Below are positions 29,206-38,940 of a stretch of 59,240 nt of DNA, piece after piece (positions within the stretch are counted from its first letter, which is position 1; each line of letters opens with the position of its first letter). The DNA lies in IMG/VR virus record IMGVR_UViG_3300036791_000126, positions 1 to 59,240 of that record; one strand, 5' to 3'. The notes under the pieces were generated by a model that was not told where the DNA came from, made no database searches, and saw only the letters and a list, made by a program, of their open reading frames with translations. The stretch is from a virus. Taxonomy: Duplodnaviria > Caudoviricetes. The position numbers were made by a program, and so were the translations under genes.

Positions 29206-31353
29206 TTACCTAGTCCAGTAGGCCCAGCCATTACCACGCTTTTCTTTACGAATAAGGTCACGCTCTTCGAGTGTTTGCAAGTGATTAGCTGCTCCCTTTG
29301 CATCCAAATGGAAACGTAGCATAACTACACTCTTCAAAGCACCTGGATTGTTTTCGATGAATGTAAAAATCTTTTCGAGTGTTTTCTCGTTTGTTCCTTT
29401 GCCTGCATTGAGCATAAGATGGATTGCATTCTCTCCCCATTTCTGAGCATACCATGCAGCGTTTATGACGTTCGATTCTTTGACTGTAACTATTCCGTTC
29501 TTCGGCTTTTGTTCCAAACATGCGAGAATTGTCGCCATCTTCAAGATGCTTCGGCTAAGTCTGTCAAGTGTAGGAAGTGCTAAATCTTTGACTGAACTTT
29601 TCAAAGCTGTTTCTATTAAAATGGTTTCAAATTCGGCATTTTTAGCCCAAGCCTCGGGAGTAAGCTTAGCGATGTACCTCGGAGGCATCAAAACCTTTTG
29701 TCCACCAATTCTTGTTTCAACATCGATTCCATAAGTTTCGTAAACATCTGCAAACTTGTTGAAGATTTCAGGCCGACCACCGATACCTGCTTCTGTGGGA
29801 GGCCCAAGAGCCTTTATCAATTTTCCTTGTGATTCACCAGTTGAAATTAAGAATCTCGGTAGAAAGCCTGAAAAAACAAATGATTCACTAACTGTATTCA
29901 GAATTCTATCGGGCACACCACCCCCGAGAAATATAAACACCGGAGATTCAACGATAATATCTCTATTCGCAAGTCTTTTCTTGTAGTACGGTGGTGAATC
30001 ATACAAAGCCGTGAGAGTTTCCTGCATTCCAGCCATGTAATCTTTACGCATCATGCTATCAAACAACATGGAAACTTCGTCTTTATGGTAGACCGAACTT
30101 TTGTTGGGACGTACAGACATTGCCTGCAACAATCCTTCAGCTGTTCCATCTGTAGCTGCTACCAACTCTTTATCCATGCCTGTGAGAAACTCTACTACCA
30201 AACGCATAGCGGTAGTCTTGCGAGTAATCGTACTGTCACCTATAAGCAGGCCCCAAAGATTTGGAACCAGCGCACCTACAGAAGTTTCGATTCTCACTGA
30301 ATTGGAGACAAGAGCACTGAATGCTATAAACGCACAAAGATTATGAAAGTCTGGCGAAGCATCAGTGAGCACTTTGGCCCAATTCCTGTATGTATCGATG
30401 AATGTCTCAGAGTAAGGTTCCTCCACGAGGACAGGCATCTCAATTAATGCACTGAGTTTTGCAGACAAATAATGTTCTGCCGCTTTTAGAACATCTCGCC
30501 AAAGATGTTCTGGCGGTCTACCGTCACGTTCATATTTATTACATTTTGCATGACGTGCTACGGTAAATACTTCTTCTGCTGTCATTCCCACTCTGAAACA
30601 AATATGGAGTAATCTCCATAAAATACTAGACCAATCTTTTTCTGGTTCTTGTGTGAAGTATGCACCAAAATCAGTGTAGTCCAAAGCATTTTTGAACTTG
30701 TATAGAATCATCTCAATGTTGAGTTCAGATGATTCTACAGGCATTGGATCTATGGCTACACGATGTTCAACGTCCGGTGGAATGGCATCAAACAGTAGAG
30801 GAGGAGCCTGAGTCTCCAAGAGACGCTCAAGCTCAATGTATGCCGGAGGATCATACTTGAAATTCAACGTTAGAGGAACACGTAAAAGCTGTGTTAGATC
30901 CCAACCGGATCGATCAGCTCCCACGAGATATCCAATCTTGCGTGAGTATTCCTCCGCCTGATATGCAGGAACCGGCACAGTCAAACGCCAAATCGCCTGC
31001 CATCTACCATAAGAACTAGCCCAAAAAATGGGTGGCGGAATCTCCTCAATAAGTTCAGGCTCAACACCATCCAAATCCGCCCACACAATACTTCCAGGCA
31101 AACAGTTTTCTTTCTTACGGGATTCGTTTCTTAAAAGATTCACGCAGAAATATACGTTTCTATTTTCTTCGACCGTGAGAATGAAGTTCTCAATCTTCAA
31201 TGCCTCATTCGGCCATTCAAAGAAATATTGTGAGAAATCACTGGTGATTGAGTTCTTACCAGATGTGGCTATGCAGAGATAGCCCTGTGTAGTTCCGAAC
31301 AGAAGCTCGAAGAACTTCACACGGATATCGCTCTTAGATTCTATCGTTGCCAT
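29206..31353 (-). CDS. primase-helicase (RepB-like primase, PriCT-like and DUF3987-like domains)
   Basis: VWADLD, SS.GRWQAIWRL, DLTQLLRVP...NFKY (RepB/AEP primase); PNLWGLLIGDST..RKTT, DEVS, SGFLPRF. Confidence 0.8.
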   Translation of the reverse strand: MATIESKSDIRVKFFELLFGTTQGYLCIATSGKNSITSDFSQYFFEWPNEALKIENFILTVEENRNVYFCVNLLRNESRKKENCLPGSIVWADLDGVEPELIEEIPPPIFWASSYGRWQAIWRLTVPVPAYQAEEYSRKIGYLVGADRSGWDLTQLLRVPLTLNFKYDPPAYIELERLLETQAPPLLFDAIPPDVEHRVAIDPMPVESSELNIEMILYKFKNALDYTDFGAYFTQEPEKDWSSILWRLLHICFRVGMTAEEVFTVARHAKCNKYERDGRPPEHLWRDVLKAAEHYLSAKLSALIEMPVLVEEPYSETFIDTYRNWAKVLTDASPDFHNLCAFIAFSALVSNSVRIETSVGALVPNLWGLLIGDSTITRKTTAMRLVVEFLTGMDKELVAATDGTAEGLLQAMSVRPNKSSVYHKDEVSMLFDSMMRKDYMAGMQETLTALYDSPPYYKKRLANRDIIVESPVFIFLGGGVPDRILNTVSESFVFSGFLPRFLISTGESQGKLIKALGPPTEAGIGGRPEIFNKFADVYETYGIDVETRIGGQKVLMPPRYIAKLTPEAWAKNAEFETILIETALKSSVKDLALPTLDRLSRSILKMATILACLEQKPKNGIVTVKESNVINAAWYAQKWGENAIHLMLNAGKGTNEKTLEKIFTFIENNPGALKSVVMLRFHLDAKGAANHLQTLEERDLIRKEKRGNGWAYWTR

Positions 31354-31476
31354 ATATTAGTTTACTTGCGAATCAAAATGTTGGCTGAGGCCAGTGGTGC
31401 CAGGGTATGCGACACTCAACTGCTTACGTGTTGGGACAACCTCAGCCAACTTTTTGAGCCAGCTGCTAGTTAACCG

Positions 31477-31980
31477 TTACAGCAGCCCGCTCGATGCGCC
31501 AGTCACGATAGAACCGGCAGGCTTGATACCCTTGACAGGATTGTTCCACTCACCGTCAACGGTATTACCCTCACGATCCTTGCGAGGTTCCTTACCGAGA
31601 ACCACGACAACGGGCCGACCCTTGTAATCCTCGAAATCAGGATCGAAATGCTCACCCAGCACAACTTCCTCAGCATCGCCAGTTGCGATAAAGAAGCGAG
31701 CAAGCATTCCCTTCATCTTAGACGCCTTCGCCTTATCATACTCAGGCGGCGGAATCACGAACTGAGTAAACACTCGCCGATTCTCAAGCGACTCAATCTC
31801 GTTATTGGTGAGCTTGAACTGTACCTTCACCATCGGAGTCCCTGCGGGCATTTTACCCGTGCCCGACGTATTCTTCACAGCGTCCATCGTAATCTCGAAA
31901 ACCTCTGCGTTATACCTACCAGGCTCAAGCGGTTCAAATCCAGCAAGATCAGCGTCCGACAGATTCAGTGGGCCTGACAT
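31477..31980 (-). CDS. putative single-stranded DNA-binding protein (DUF669-like)
   Basis: FEPLEPGRYNAEV...PMVKVQF...NRRVF...N.VK; next to the AAA ATPase. Confidence 0.7.
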   Translation of the reverse strand: MSGPLNLSDADLAGFEPLEPGRYNAEVFEITMDAVKNTSGTGKMPAGTPMVKVQFKLTNNEIESLENRRVFTQFVIPPPEYDKAKASKMKGMLARFFIATGDAEEVVLGEHFDPDFEDYKGRPVVVVLGKEPRKDREGNTVDGEWNNPVKGIKPAGSIVTGASSGLL

Positions 31981-31989
31981 CTCTCTCCT

Positions 31990-32901
31990 TTACTCGGTTG
32001 TTTGATTTTGAGTTGGGTTGTTGATGTTGTTGTCGTGTGCCTGAATCAAGTCCCAGAACTTTGTCATTGAGGGATCGATAATCAAATCACCCAAGGCAGA
32101 GGTTCTATCCTTAGCCACGACTCTACGTGTGCCCTGGAACTGCACCCTCCGTTCCAAAACACCCGTGGTTGTATCGTTTGACATGTACCCGACGATATCA
32201 CAGAAACCAGGGACTTCCTGCTTGAGCTTTCCGGCGAAACCAGGGAAAAACTTCGGAGGCATGTTCTCCTCATGTTCGGTTCCCACATGAGCTGTAAAGA
32301 TTGTGTGACAAGGAAGATCCCTGAAAGCACGTATAATCTTTCGAACATGAGAACGATTGATTCCCCATTCTCTAGGACTCGGAACGTCGATATCGACTTT
32401 ATCGGGATTCCTTGCATACGCCGCCTTCATTATGAATCGCATATCCAAGTCAGCTAGCTCGGTTACCGTGTCGATAGCAACCGTCTTGTAGTACATTCTA
32501 GGTGTACCATCATCATCCACTTTGATCGATGCGTAGAGTTTGTTGTACTTCTCTTCCAACTCAACGATCGATCTGATCGGAATAACGTCGATATTGTCCA
32601 TGTGCCTGAGAGTCGTAGTTCCGCCCTCGGCGTCAAAAAGCAGCACAGGAGCAAGTCGAGGATCATTAGCACACGTACCGATCTGATACGTCTTACCTAT
32701 GCCTGGATCAGCATAGAGAAGTACATTCAACCACTCTACAACCTCAGAGGGTGCCCTGACTTGCAAAACCTCACGTAGATTATCAGAGTGTTCCGGTATC
32801 GGTGAGGTATTCGGTACTGGTTGTTCCATCGATTCCAACGGCGTCACTTGTTCCATCGTCCCCTGTGCTGCCGTTTGATTCGGTAGTTCCGTGGTTGCCA
32901 T
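31990..32901 (-). CDS. AAA-family ATPase (Sak4/AAA_24-like recombination protein)
   Basis: YADPGIGKT Walker A, DAEGG, VAIDTVTEL, IFTAH, CDIVGY, AKDR. Confidence 0.85.
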   Translation of the reverse strand: MATTELPNQTAAQGTMEQVTPLESMEQPVPNTSPIPEHSDNLREVLQVRAPSEVVEWLNVLLYADPGIGKTYQIGTCANDPRLAPVLLFDAEGGTTTLRHMDNIDVIPIRSIVELEEKYNKLYASIKVDDDGTPRMYYKTVAIDTVTELADLDMRFIMKAAYARNPDKVDIDVPSPREWGINRSHVRKIIRAFRDLPCHTIFTAHVGTEHEENMPPKFFPGFAGKLKQEVPGFCDIVGYMSNDTTTGVLERRVQFQGTRRVVAKDRTSALGDLIIDPSMTKFWDLIQAHDNNINNPTQNQTTE

Positions 32902-33187
32902 TTGTCAACCTCTCGCTTAGCAAGATAATCAAATGAATCTGGCAATATGGAATGCCTTTGTACTTGTAACTCGTTGGTGCTGAGCAGCCGCGAGAGGCGC
33001 AACGTAAACTCTTATTAGGAGAAAACGTGTCGTGCCATGTTACAGGGCCATTACTCGGCAGCTTAGGATATTGTGTGTTTAGTCGGATTTGTCTAGTGAA
33101 CTTTGCTTGTTCAGCGGGTTGGGTTTGTGCTTTGGGTTGAGTTTTCCTTTGGTATAAAGCTTGGATCTGTTCGTCAGTCAGTGGCAC
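32783..33187 (-). CDS. hypothetical Zn-finger protein with MPL N-terminal tag
   Basis: CASRGC...YCQIH; starts MPLTDEQIQALY. Confidence 0.6.
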   Translation of the reverse strand: MPLTDEQIQALYQRKTQPKAQTQPAEQAKFTRQIRLNTQYPKLPSNGPVTWHDTFSPNKSLRCASRGCSAPTSYKYKGIPYCQIHLIILLSERLTNGNHGTTESNGSTGDDGTSDAVGIDGTTSTEYLTDTGTL

Positions 33188-33398
33188 AATATTCCCAAAT
33201 CGTTTCGGGATTATGACATGCGGCTGAGGTGTGATAGCGCATGGGATCTTCGCCTCTGTAAATCAAGCCGTAGGCGACTCCACCATTCCACTGATTGTTG
33301 TATCGAACGATCTTGATTACAGGGTACATATCATCGCCAGGATAGATACCGTCATTGGCGATGATTACATCAACAATTCTACGAGTAACTGTTGCCAT
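33174..33398 (-). CDS. hypothetical protein
   Basis: AACGGGAG RBS; 74 aa. Confidence 0.65.
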   Translation of the reverse strand: MATVTRRIVDVIIANDGIYPGDDMYPVIKIVRYNNQWNGGVAYGLIYRGEDPMRYHTSAACHNPETIWEYCATD

Positions 33399-33411
33399 TA
33401 TGTTCTCCCGT

Positions 33412-33585
33412 TTAAGCCACGTCTAACGTTACCTGAATGACGCCATCCTCAAGTATGACATCAGTCATTATAAGCTTGGTGACAGCCTCTTCCCCAACCA
33501 ACGTGAAGCTTACTGGAGTTGCGGGGGCTTCATCCAACTGAGCGATCAGCTCGTCCATCCAATCCTCTTGAGTCATTTCACTCAT
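33412..33585 (-). CDS. small acidic hypothetical protein (57 aa, absent from the ORF track)
   Basis: MSEMTQEDWMDELIAQLDE...TLDVA; AACGGGAGG RBS; fills the gap exactly. Confidence 0.6.
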   Translation of the reverse strand: MSEMTQEDWMDELIAQLDEAPATPVSFTLVGEEAVTKLIMTDVILEDGVIQVTLDVA

Positions 33586-33597
33586 GTTTCCTCCCGT

Positions 33598-34887
33598 TTA
33601 CCTATCTTTTGCGACAACATAATTGTCACGGAGCATCTGCTTGTAATCGCTTCCATCTTCTTGAGCGAGGCAAGGTGCGCGAAACGCGCAACGCAAGCAC
33701 TGAAAATCGTTACGGAGATTAGGATAGATACGCAGGTTGGGATCGAGCATATCCATCGCTTCGAGATACATGCGGTAACCTGCGTTCCTTAGTTGGTGTC
33801 TGTTACGACGTACCAACTTTCTGATGAAGAATGCTTCATCACCGGCATCCCGCACATACGAGATGTAGTTCTGATGTTTTTCATCGAGCGATTGAACGTC
33901 GATCCCGTTCTCTTGGATGAATGCCATAAGCATTTCGTAGGTTGGGGATTCATTCTGTCGGTCAACACTGAACAATCCTCCTCTAACCATTGTTGGGGGT
34001 TTCGGATACGTCTTTCGCATGACATTATAGATTACCTCCGAGAACTTTTCATTCTTGGAAGGAAGGTCATAATACTGTGCCTCGACTTCGGCAGCGTGCA
34101 AATAAGACGTACACTGTTCATCGGATTCTAGCTTCTCAAAGAATTCCTCATCGATTCTACTGCTTGTCTTGTGATCGATGATTCCGAATCTCTCTGACGG
34201 CGTGACGTATTGAGCATCCGTTCGACCACGCGAATGGACTTCAAGAGTCTTGCCATAATTAGGAGATTGCTCGCGTAGATCGACAGCTTTGAGAATACAA
34301 TCGTTTTCAAAATCCCAAATCGGAATTGAGAACGTGTGCTCCGTTAGGAGTATCTCAAAAGCGTCGCGCGGCTTAGCATAATCTTTGTAAGCGGTCATCA
34401 TCTGTACGCCAAGCTCTCGAAGCTCGTCGTACTTATCGCCATCCGCGTCAGGCAAAATATCCTCAAGCCCGCGCACCACGTACATAGGTGGTGCGTCTGC
34501 TACTAAAGCATGTTCGCTAGGAACGGGGCGAGGATTCAAGTCATACACACGGTCGAGCCATTCTTCTGTGACCGTGCCACCTCTCCATTGTACGTTGAAC
34601 CAAGTGAGCCAAGATTCTACAGGATCACGCCTAAAGCTCGGAGAGTAGTATTGTTCCAAAGCATAGTGGATGCCCGTTCCGAACCACAAATCTGTATTGA
34701 CGCCGTGAATATCGGCGCGCACCATAAGATTGTGGCGAGCAGGACTTGACCAATCGAAAAATCTGCGACAACGTTTGAAGTTAGCGCGGTCGGAATTATG
34801 AACGGGGATCACTTCATACTTGTCAGGTATCTCAGGTACCTTATAAGCAGCTACGACGGCGCTAGAAGTTTGTTCTTGCAAACTCAC
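33598..34887 (-). CDS. PD-(D/E)XK (Cas4/RecB-like) exonuclease
   Basis: SDRANFKRCRR, FGTGIHYALE, GRTD..IIDHKT, Q...Y, C..CAFR.PC; probable GTG start 34887 after AAGGAGG. Confidence 0.85.
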   Translation of the reverse strand: MSLQEQTSSAVVAAYKVPEIPDKYEVIPVHNSDRANFKRCRRFFDWSSPARHNLMVRADIHGVNTDLWFGTGIHYALEQYYSPSFRRDPVESWLTWFNVQWRGGTVTEEWLDRVYDLNPRPVPSEHALVADAPPMYVVRGLEDILPDADGDKYDELRELGVQMMTAYKDYAKPRDAFEILLTEHTFSIPIWDFENDCILKAVDLREQSPNYGKTLEVHSRGRTDAQYVTPSERFGIIDHKTSSRIDEEFFEKLESDEQCTSYLHAAEVEAQYYDLPSKNEKFSEVIYNVMRKTYPKPPTMVRGGLFSVDRQNESPTYEMLMAFIQENGIDVQSLDEKHQNYISYVRDAGDEAFFIRKLVRRNRHQLRNAGYRMYLEAMDMLDPNLRIYPNLRNDFQCLRCAFRAPCLAQEDGSDYKQMLRDNYVVAKDR

Positions 34888-35386
34888 TCCAAGCCTCCTT
34901 TGCTGCCTTGTCGTAAGCTCTCGCCGCATCTTCTTCGTCAACGAATGAACCCAAATAGCGATGTTTTCCATCTACCTTAATTTGTGCCATCCACTTTTTA
35001 TTACGATTAAGCCATGTAACACCTTTGAACCGTGAGGAAGTATCGGATTGTTTCTTTTGATTAGCCATTTGTTGTGAGCGTGTGGCAAGACGCATATTAC
35101 TACGTCTGCAATCAAGACCGTTTCTATCAATATGATCTATCTCAGGATCACTGGAATTAAGATCGAGAATAAATCTATGAAGATAGGTCAGCTTACTTTG
35201 TACCACTCCTACTGCATACCATTTTCCACGCTGTAGGGAGGCTACCCATATATGTTTGAGTACGCGCTCTAAATCGTCATCATCGACGAGAGCGACTTTT
35301 CCTTGCGTCAGCGGTATTTCGGCGTAAGACGCCGTTTGAGGCTGAACCGCCGATTGCGCGGTTTGTGGCGTTCCCACCAGTTCCAT
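34862..35386 (-). mobile_element. HNH-AP2 homing endonuclease
   Basis: IPLTQGKVALVDD, YLHRFIL, IDHIDRNGLDCRRSNMR, SRFKGV, YLGSF..EEDAARAYD. Confidence 0.9.
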
Positions 35387-35427
35387 GAAGCTCCCGTTTT
35401 GTGGTGGTCGCTAGGGGCGAAGGGAGG

Positions 35428-35456
35428 AGTCTAGCATAAACCGATCCCATTGTCAA
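35428..35456 (-). promoter_or_regulatory. sigma70/HrdB-type promoter for the recombination-replication genes
   Basis: TTGACA-17 nt-TAGACT with extended -10 TG. Confidence 0.8.
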
Positions 35457-35524
35457 TACCCAGTTTTGCGACATCTGTGGTTTCCATTTGGCAACGAGTT
35501 ATCCACAGGCTAACGAGTTGTGTT

Positions 35525-35809
35525 TTAGTCGTTAGGAACTGGATAAATATAAAGTTCCCACTCTTCTCCTGCGCCTTCTGAACTCCACTCTATCTCGAAT
35601 GGTGCTGATGTAATCTCAAACACATCAGTCTTATAGAACAATTCCCAACCGACTTCATGGATATCTTCTTGGATACCACACATATCCTTCGTACAAATGG
35701 GTGAATCACTTTCCTCAATACCCACAAACGGACAAATGGAGACTGGTGTACAAGCCCCACTTTCCACTATAACTCTTATCCTATGACCGTCTCTGTGTTT
35801 CACACTCAT
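35525..35809 (-). CDS. hypothetical protein
   Basis: ACGGGAG RBS before ATG 35809. Confidence 0.6.
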   Translation of the reverse strand: MSVKHRDGHRIRVIVESGACTPVSICPFVGIEESDSPICTKDMCGIQEDIHEVGWELFYKTDVFEITSAPFEIEWSSEGAGEEWELYIYPVPND

Positions 35810-36006
35810 CGTTGCTCCCGTCTCCATTCCCAGATGAAACTTCCCGTTATCATCGTGCGCGACATAGCACGGCGCTCAACATGTTCAAGCCATGCCCAAT
35901 CTCCATCATTGAGATGGTGTGGTATGAATGCAAAGACACGATGCCAATAACGAAACTTACGTTCAATAGCATCACGTTCCTCTTGTGTCTGACCGCGCCA
36001 TCTCAC
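35806..36006 (-). CDS. hypothetical protein
   Basis: 66 aa; WHRVFAFIP...WAWLEHVERR pattern seen in small phage proteins; 4-nt overlaps. Confidence 0.6.
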   Translation of the reverse strand: MRWRGQTQEERDAIERKFRYWHRVFAFIPHHLNDGDWAWLEHVERRAMSRTMITGSFIWEWRREQR

Positions 36007-36353
36007 GGCGTGCTCTTAGTTGTATTTAGAACCTCGCGAGCAGTATGAAAATACCACAGATCACGTCCTTCTTCGGCTGTTTTCTTGATTAGTTCAAGTG
36101 TATCGCGAAGCGCGTCCCGCTCACGTTCGATCTTCACCATATCTTCAATTGCCATTGCATAAGAATTATGCAGCATGGCTTTATCTTCATAAGCTGTGTT
36201 ACGTTGTCGGCGTAAGTTGGTTAGTTCGGCCTTTAAATCACTGAGCGCGGCCATCCCATAATCAACGTATTCTTGTGTATTATCGGTGCGCGACCATGAT
36301 GCGAGTACAGTAATCGTCTCGCGGATCTGTGCGATGTGTGGGTTATCATTCAT
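36003..36353 (-). CDS. hypothetical coiled-coil protein
   Basis: 116 aa abutting the helicase stop. Confidence 0.6.
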   Translation of the reverse strand: MNDNPHIAQIRETITVLASWSRTDNTQEYVDYGMAALSDLKAELTNLRRQRNTAYEDKAMLHNSYAMAIEDMVKIERERDALRDTLELIKKTAEEGRDLWYFHTAREVLNTTKSTP

Positions 36354-37997
36354 TTAATCCTCTTCAACGCCAAAGATCTGCTTGAACCAACCGTGTTTCG
36401 TGTTGACGGATTCGAGGACGCGATAGTCTACCGTGCCCTGAGCACGAATGTAGATTAGCTGGCAAGCCTCGGTCTGACCAGGACGATACACACGACCAAT
36501 CGCCTGCTTATTCTTAGCGGGCGACCAGTGCTGATCGAGAAAGATTGCCCTGTGTGCGCTAGTCAAGTTGATAGACTCAGCGCCAAGATCAAGCGTAGAC
36601 AAGAACACTTGGTGTTTCTTCTGAGGCCAGATTTCATGCCAGTATTCGTAACGCTGTTTCTCATTCATCTTAGCCTGTAAGTGCAAGTAGGTGATACCCT
36701 TTTTATCAAGCCTTGCTTTGAGCAGTTCGAGCGGCTGCTTGAAGTTAGAGAATACGACGATTTGATCGTGCCTATCCTCGTCCCATTCCAGACCCTCGAT
36801 AACCTCCATCGCTGCATCAAGCTTTGAGCTAGGCTCAGTCAGCTTGACTTCTATAACACGACGCTCCAAATCTTCATTCCAAGCATCGCCGATTACCTCA
36901 GGCGTAGCTACCGCGATCTGTCTACAACGATTCAACATAGACAGAACCGTAGGACTGTGAAGCGGAACGCCCTTTGCATCCAGAGTATGCAGATACTCTA
37001 CAATCTCCGCATACATCTTTCTTTGGATCGGACTCAGCTCAACAGGAATCACAGTCTCGATAGGCTCTGCGATATCAGGGAAGCATTCGATCATTGTCCG
37101 ACGAACGCCTACCTGATTGACAAGCTCCTTAAACTGAGTTTCCGTCTCAGGCTTGATTCCCACGATCTTTCTGTATCCACCAACATCGTCCTGTTCACAG
37201 AAGTGATCGCGGAATTGCCAATAACCAGTTCCACCCACGATATTCGCGTGAGGACTACCTTGCTTGCCTGAGTACAGGAAGTCCAGCAGACTCCAAATCT
37301 CCGATGGATTATTGACGAACCCTGTACCAGTCATGATGTGCTTGTAAGCTGTCTTGATCTTCTTGATGTTGCGTGTCCACTGAGTGTCAGGATTCTTCAT
37401 CCTGTGAGCCTCATCCACGACAACCATATCCCAATGCTTAGTGAGAAGCGCCTTACACTTGGGATCAGTCATCTTATAGAGGCCCGTCTCCTCATCGAAT
37501 ACGGACATCTTGATCTTCTTACCAGTCACTTCATTCACGACAGTCTCTTTGACCTGCTGTGGAATGCAAGCCTTATTGGTGAAGCAGTTGTAATGTGCGA
37601 GCACTACAACCGGCCTCATATGCAGCGGATTAGGAAGCTGCACGTCCCAGGGAGTCACCTTACTACCGAGAACCAACTGAGTCTTCGTAGTAGAGACAGT
37701 AAAGATATCCCATTCAGGCAACGTCTCCCAGATGCTTTCGAGGTACGGCCCTTTACCAGTTTTAGTAGAAATTACCAAGACACGTGGATTCGGGATATGC
37801 TTTGTCTTTAGTTCCCAAAGCCACTCAGCAGTCGAAGTCTTAAAGCTACCCATCTCCGACCAGTTAGCCGAACCGTGAGGAATCTCGGACATATACGAAA
37901 TGTCCTCCATTTGAAAACTCCGCTTCACAAACTTGCCACTGGGCTTCGCCTTAATCAGCGGCTTACGCACCGGAATCTTGCTTGCGGTTTCAGTCAT
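36354..37997 (-). CDS. SNF2-family DEAH-box helicase
   Basis: EMGSFKT, VVVDEAHRMKN, MTGT, SSKLDA, GAESINLT, QAIGRVYRPGQ. Confidence 0.92.
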   Translation of the reverse strand: MTETASKIPVRKPLIKAKPSGKFVKRSFQMEDISYMSEIPHGSANWSEMGSFKTSTAEWLWELKTKHIPNPRVLVISTKTGKGPYLESIWETLPEWDIFTVSTTKTQLVLGSKVTPWDVQLPNPLHMRPVVVLAHYNCFTNKACIPQQVKETVVNEVTGKKIKMSVFDEETGLYKMTDPKCKALLTKHWDMVVVDEAHRMKNPDTQWTRNIKKIKTAYKHIMTGTGFVNNPSEIWSLLDFLYSGKQGSPHANIVGGTGYWQFRDHFCEQDDVGGYRKIVGIKPETETQFKELVNQVGVRRTMIECFPDIAEPIETVIPVELSPIQRKMYAEIVEYLHTLDAKGVPLHSPTVLSMLNRCRQIAVATPEVIGDAWNEDLERRVIEVKLTEPSSKLDAAMEVIEGLEWDEDRHDQIVVFSNFKQPLELLKARLDKKGITYLHLQAKMNEKQRYEYWHEIWPQKKHQVFLSTLDLGAESINLTSAHRAIFLDQHWSPAKNKQAIGRVYRPGQTEACQLIYIRAQGTVDYRVLESVNTKHGWFKQIFGVEED

Positions 37998-38167
37998 GTC
38001 ACCTCCCCATTTCTAGTATACAGCCGTTTGTTGGTACAATCTCTGTTCATGCAGCCAAACAATCTACGTGTTTTCAGTTCACCACGATTTTGGTTACCAA
38101 CCACAACCATGTCATGCCCGCACTGAGGGCAGGCCGGAACTGGTTTGATTGGTTTTGTCTTAAACAT
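37994..38167 (-). CDS. small Zn-ribbon protein
   Basis: CPQCG...FGCMNRDC. Confidence 0.55.
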   Translation of the reverse strand: MFKTKPIKPVPACPQCGHDMVVVGNQNRGELKTRRLFGCMNRDCTNKRLYTRNGEVT

Positions 38168-38381
38168 CGTGTTCAGTAAGACCCAACAGTTGAGAACATT
38201 TAGCACAAAACCGAGGATCTTTCAACTTACGCATTTCTCTGCCATCAAGCAGAACCATGTTTGTAAGTGGTTGACCACATTGTGTAGTACCACTTCGTCT
38301 AGGCGCAGGAAAGCTACCAACCAAATGAATCATGCCGGTTGTGCTTTTGTAGTGACTGGGTTTCTTAGCTGTCGCACGCAT
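38160..38381 (-). CDS. hypothetical Zn-binding protein
   Basis: H...TQCG...CAKC; AACGGGAG RBS. Confidence 0.6.
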   Translation of the reverse strand: MRATAKKPSHYKSTTGMIHLVGSFPAPRRSGTTQCGQPLTNMVLLDGREMRKLKDPRFCAKCSQLLGLTEHDV

Positions 38382-38382
38382 G

Positions 38383-38874
38383 TCACTCTCCCGTTAGATC
38401 AATGAAAATTTGAGCGAGAGCTTGTACCTTCGTCATGCCTCGCTCCCGATACAAATAAACATACCGACGTGAGTAACGTCGGCATTCTTTGTTACGACGG
38501 CAGAATATGGAATTGCGTGGTGAACGAGTGATTCGCTCACCACACACGATACAAACAGGTCTATCAGATTGTGCAAGCTTTAATGCTTTCCAGACATTTC
38601 CTGCAACCACCTTGCCATTCATTCTGCCATAGACCATGTAATACTCTATTGCGTCTGCATTAGCCGCAAGAGATGTTTCAAGTTTTACTTTGCTCAAAGC
38701 CCTCAGTTGTTCATCCGATGGCGAGCACGTAAAACAAAACCCCGTTACGGGGTTAATTTCATCGTAATCTACAAAGTCACCACAGTCAGGACATACCTCA
38801 ACTGCTGTGGTTGTGTTTAAAGTTTCGTGAGATGGGGTAGCGCCAGAAACCCACCGATCCGACGCATACCCCAT
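38383..38874 (-). CDS. hypothetical Cys-rich protein
   Basis: CPDCG, CFTC, CIVCG, FCRRNKEC; the start lies inside a hairpin and is uncertain. Confidence 0.6.
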   Translation of the reverse strand: MGYASDRWVSGATPSHETLNTTTAVEVCPDCGDFVDYDEINPVTGFCFTCSPSDEQLRALSKVKLETSLAANADAIEYYMVYGRMNGKVVAGNVWKALKLAQSDRPVCIVCGERITRSPRNSIFCRRNKECRRYSRRYVYLYRERGMTKVQALAQIFIDLTGE

Positions 38875-38935
38875 CTCACTTATGGGCGCAAGTTCCTACC
38901 ATCAAACGGGAGCAAGATGGCAGGACGCAGCCGTA
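38822..38935 (-). ncRNA. candidate small regulatory RNA or structured leader with an anti-RBS loop
   Basis: Starts just after a consensus promoter; 10-bp stem with loop UUGCUCCCGUUU, then a 13-bp stem (38827-38879). Confidence 0.5.
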
Positions 38936-38940
38936 CCCCA

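Noticed and set aside
33598-34887. CRISPR-associated Cas4
   Set aside because: It sits in an exonuclease-AAA-SSB recombination module typical of phages; no other cas genes.
34862-35386. Group I intron around the HNH gene
   Set aside because: No room for a catalytic core: the HNH ORF fills the whole interval between the putative junctions.
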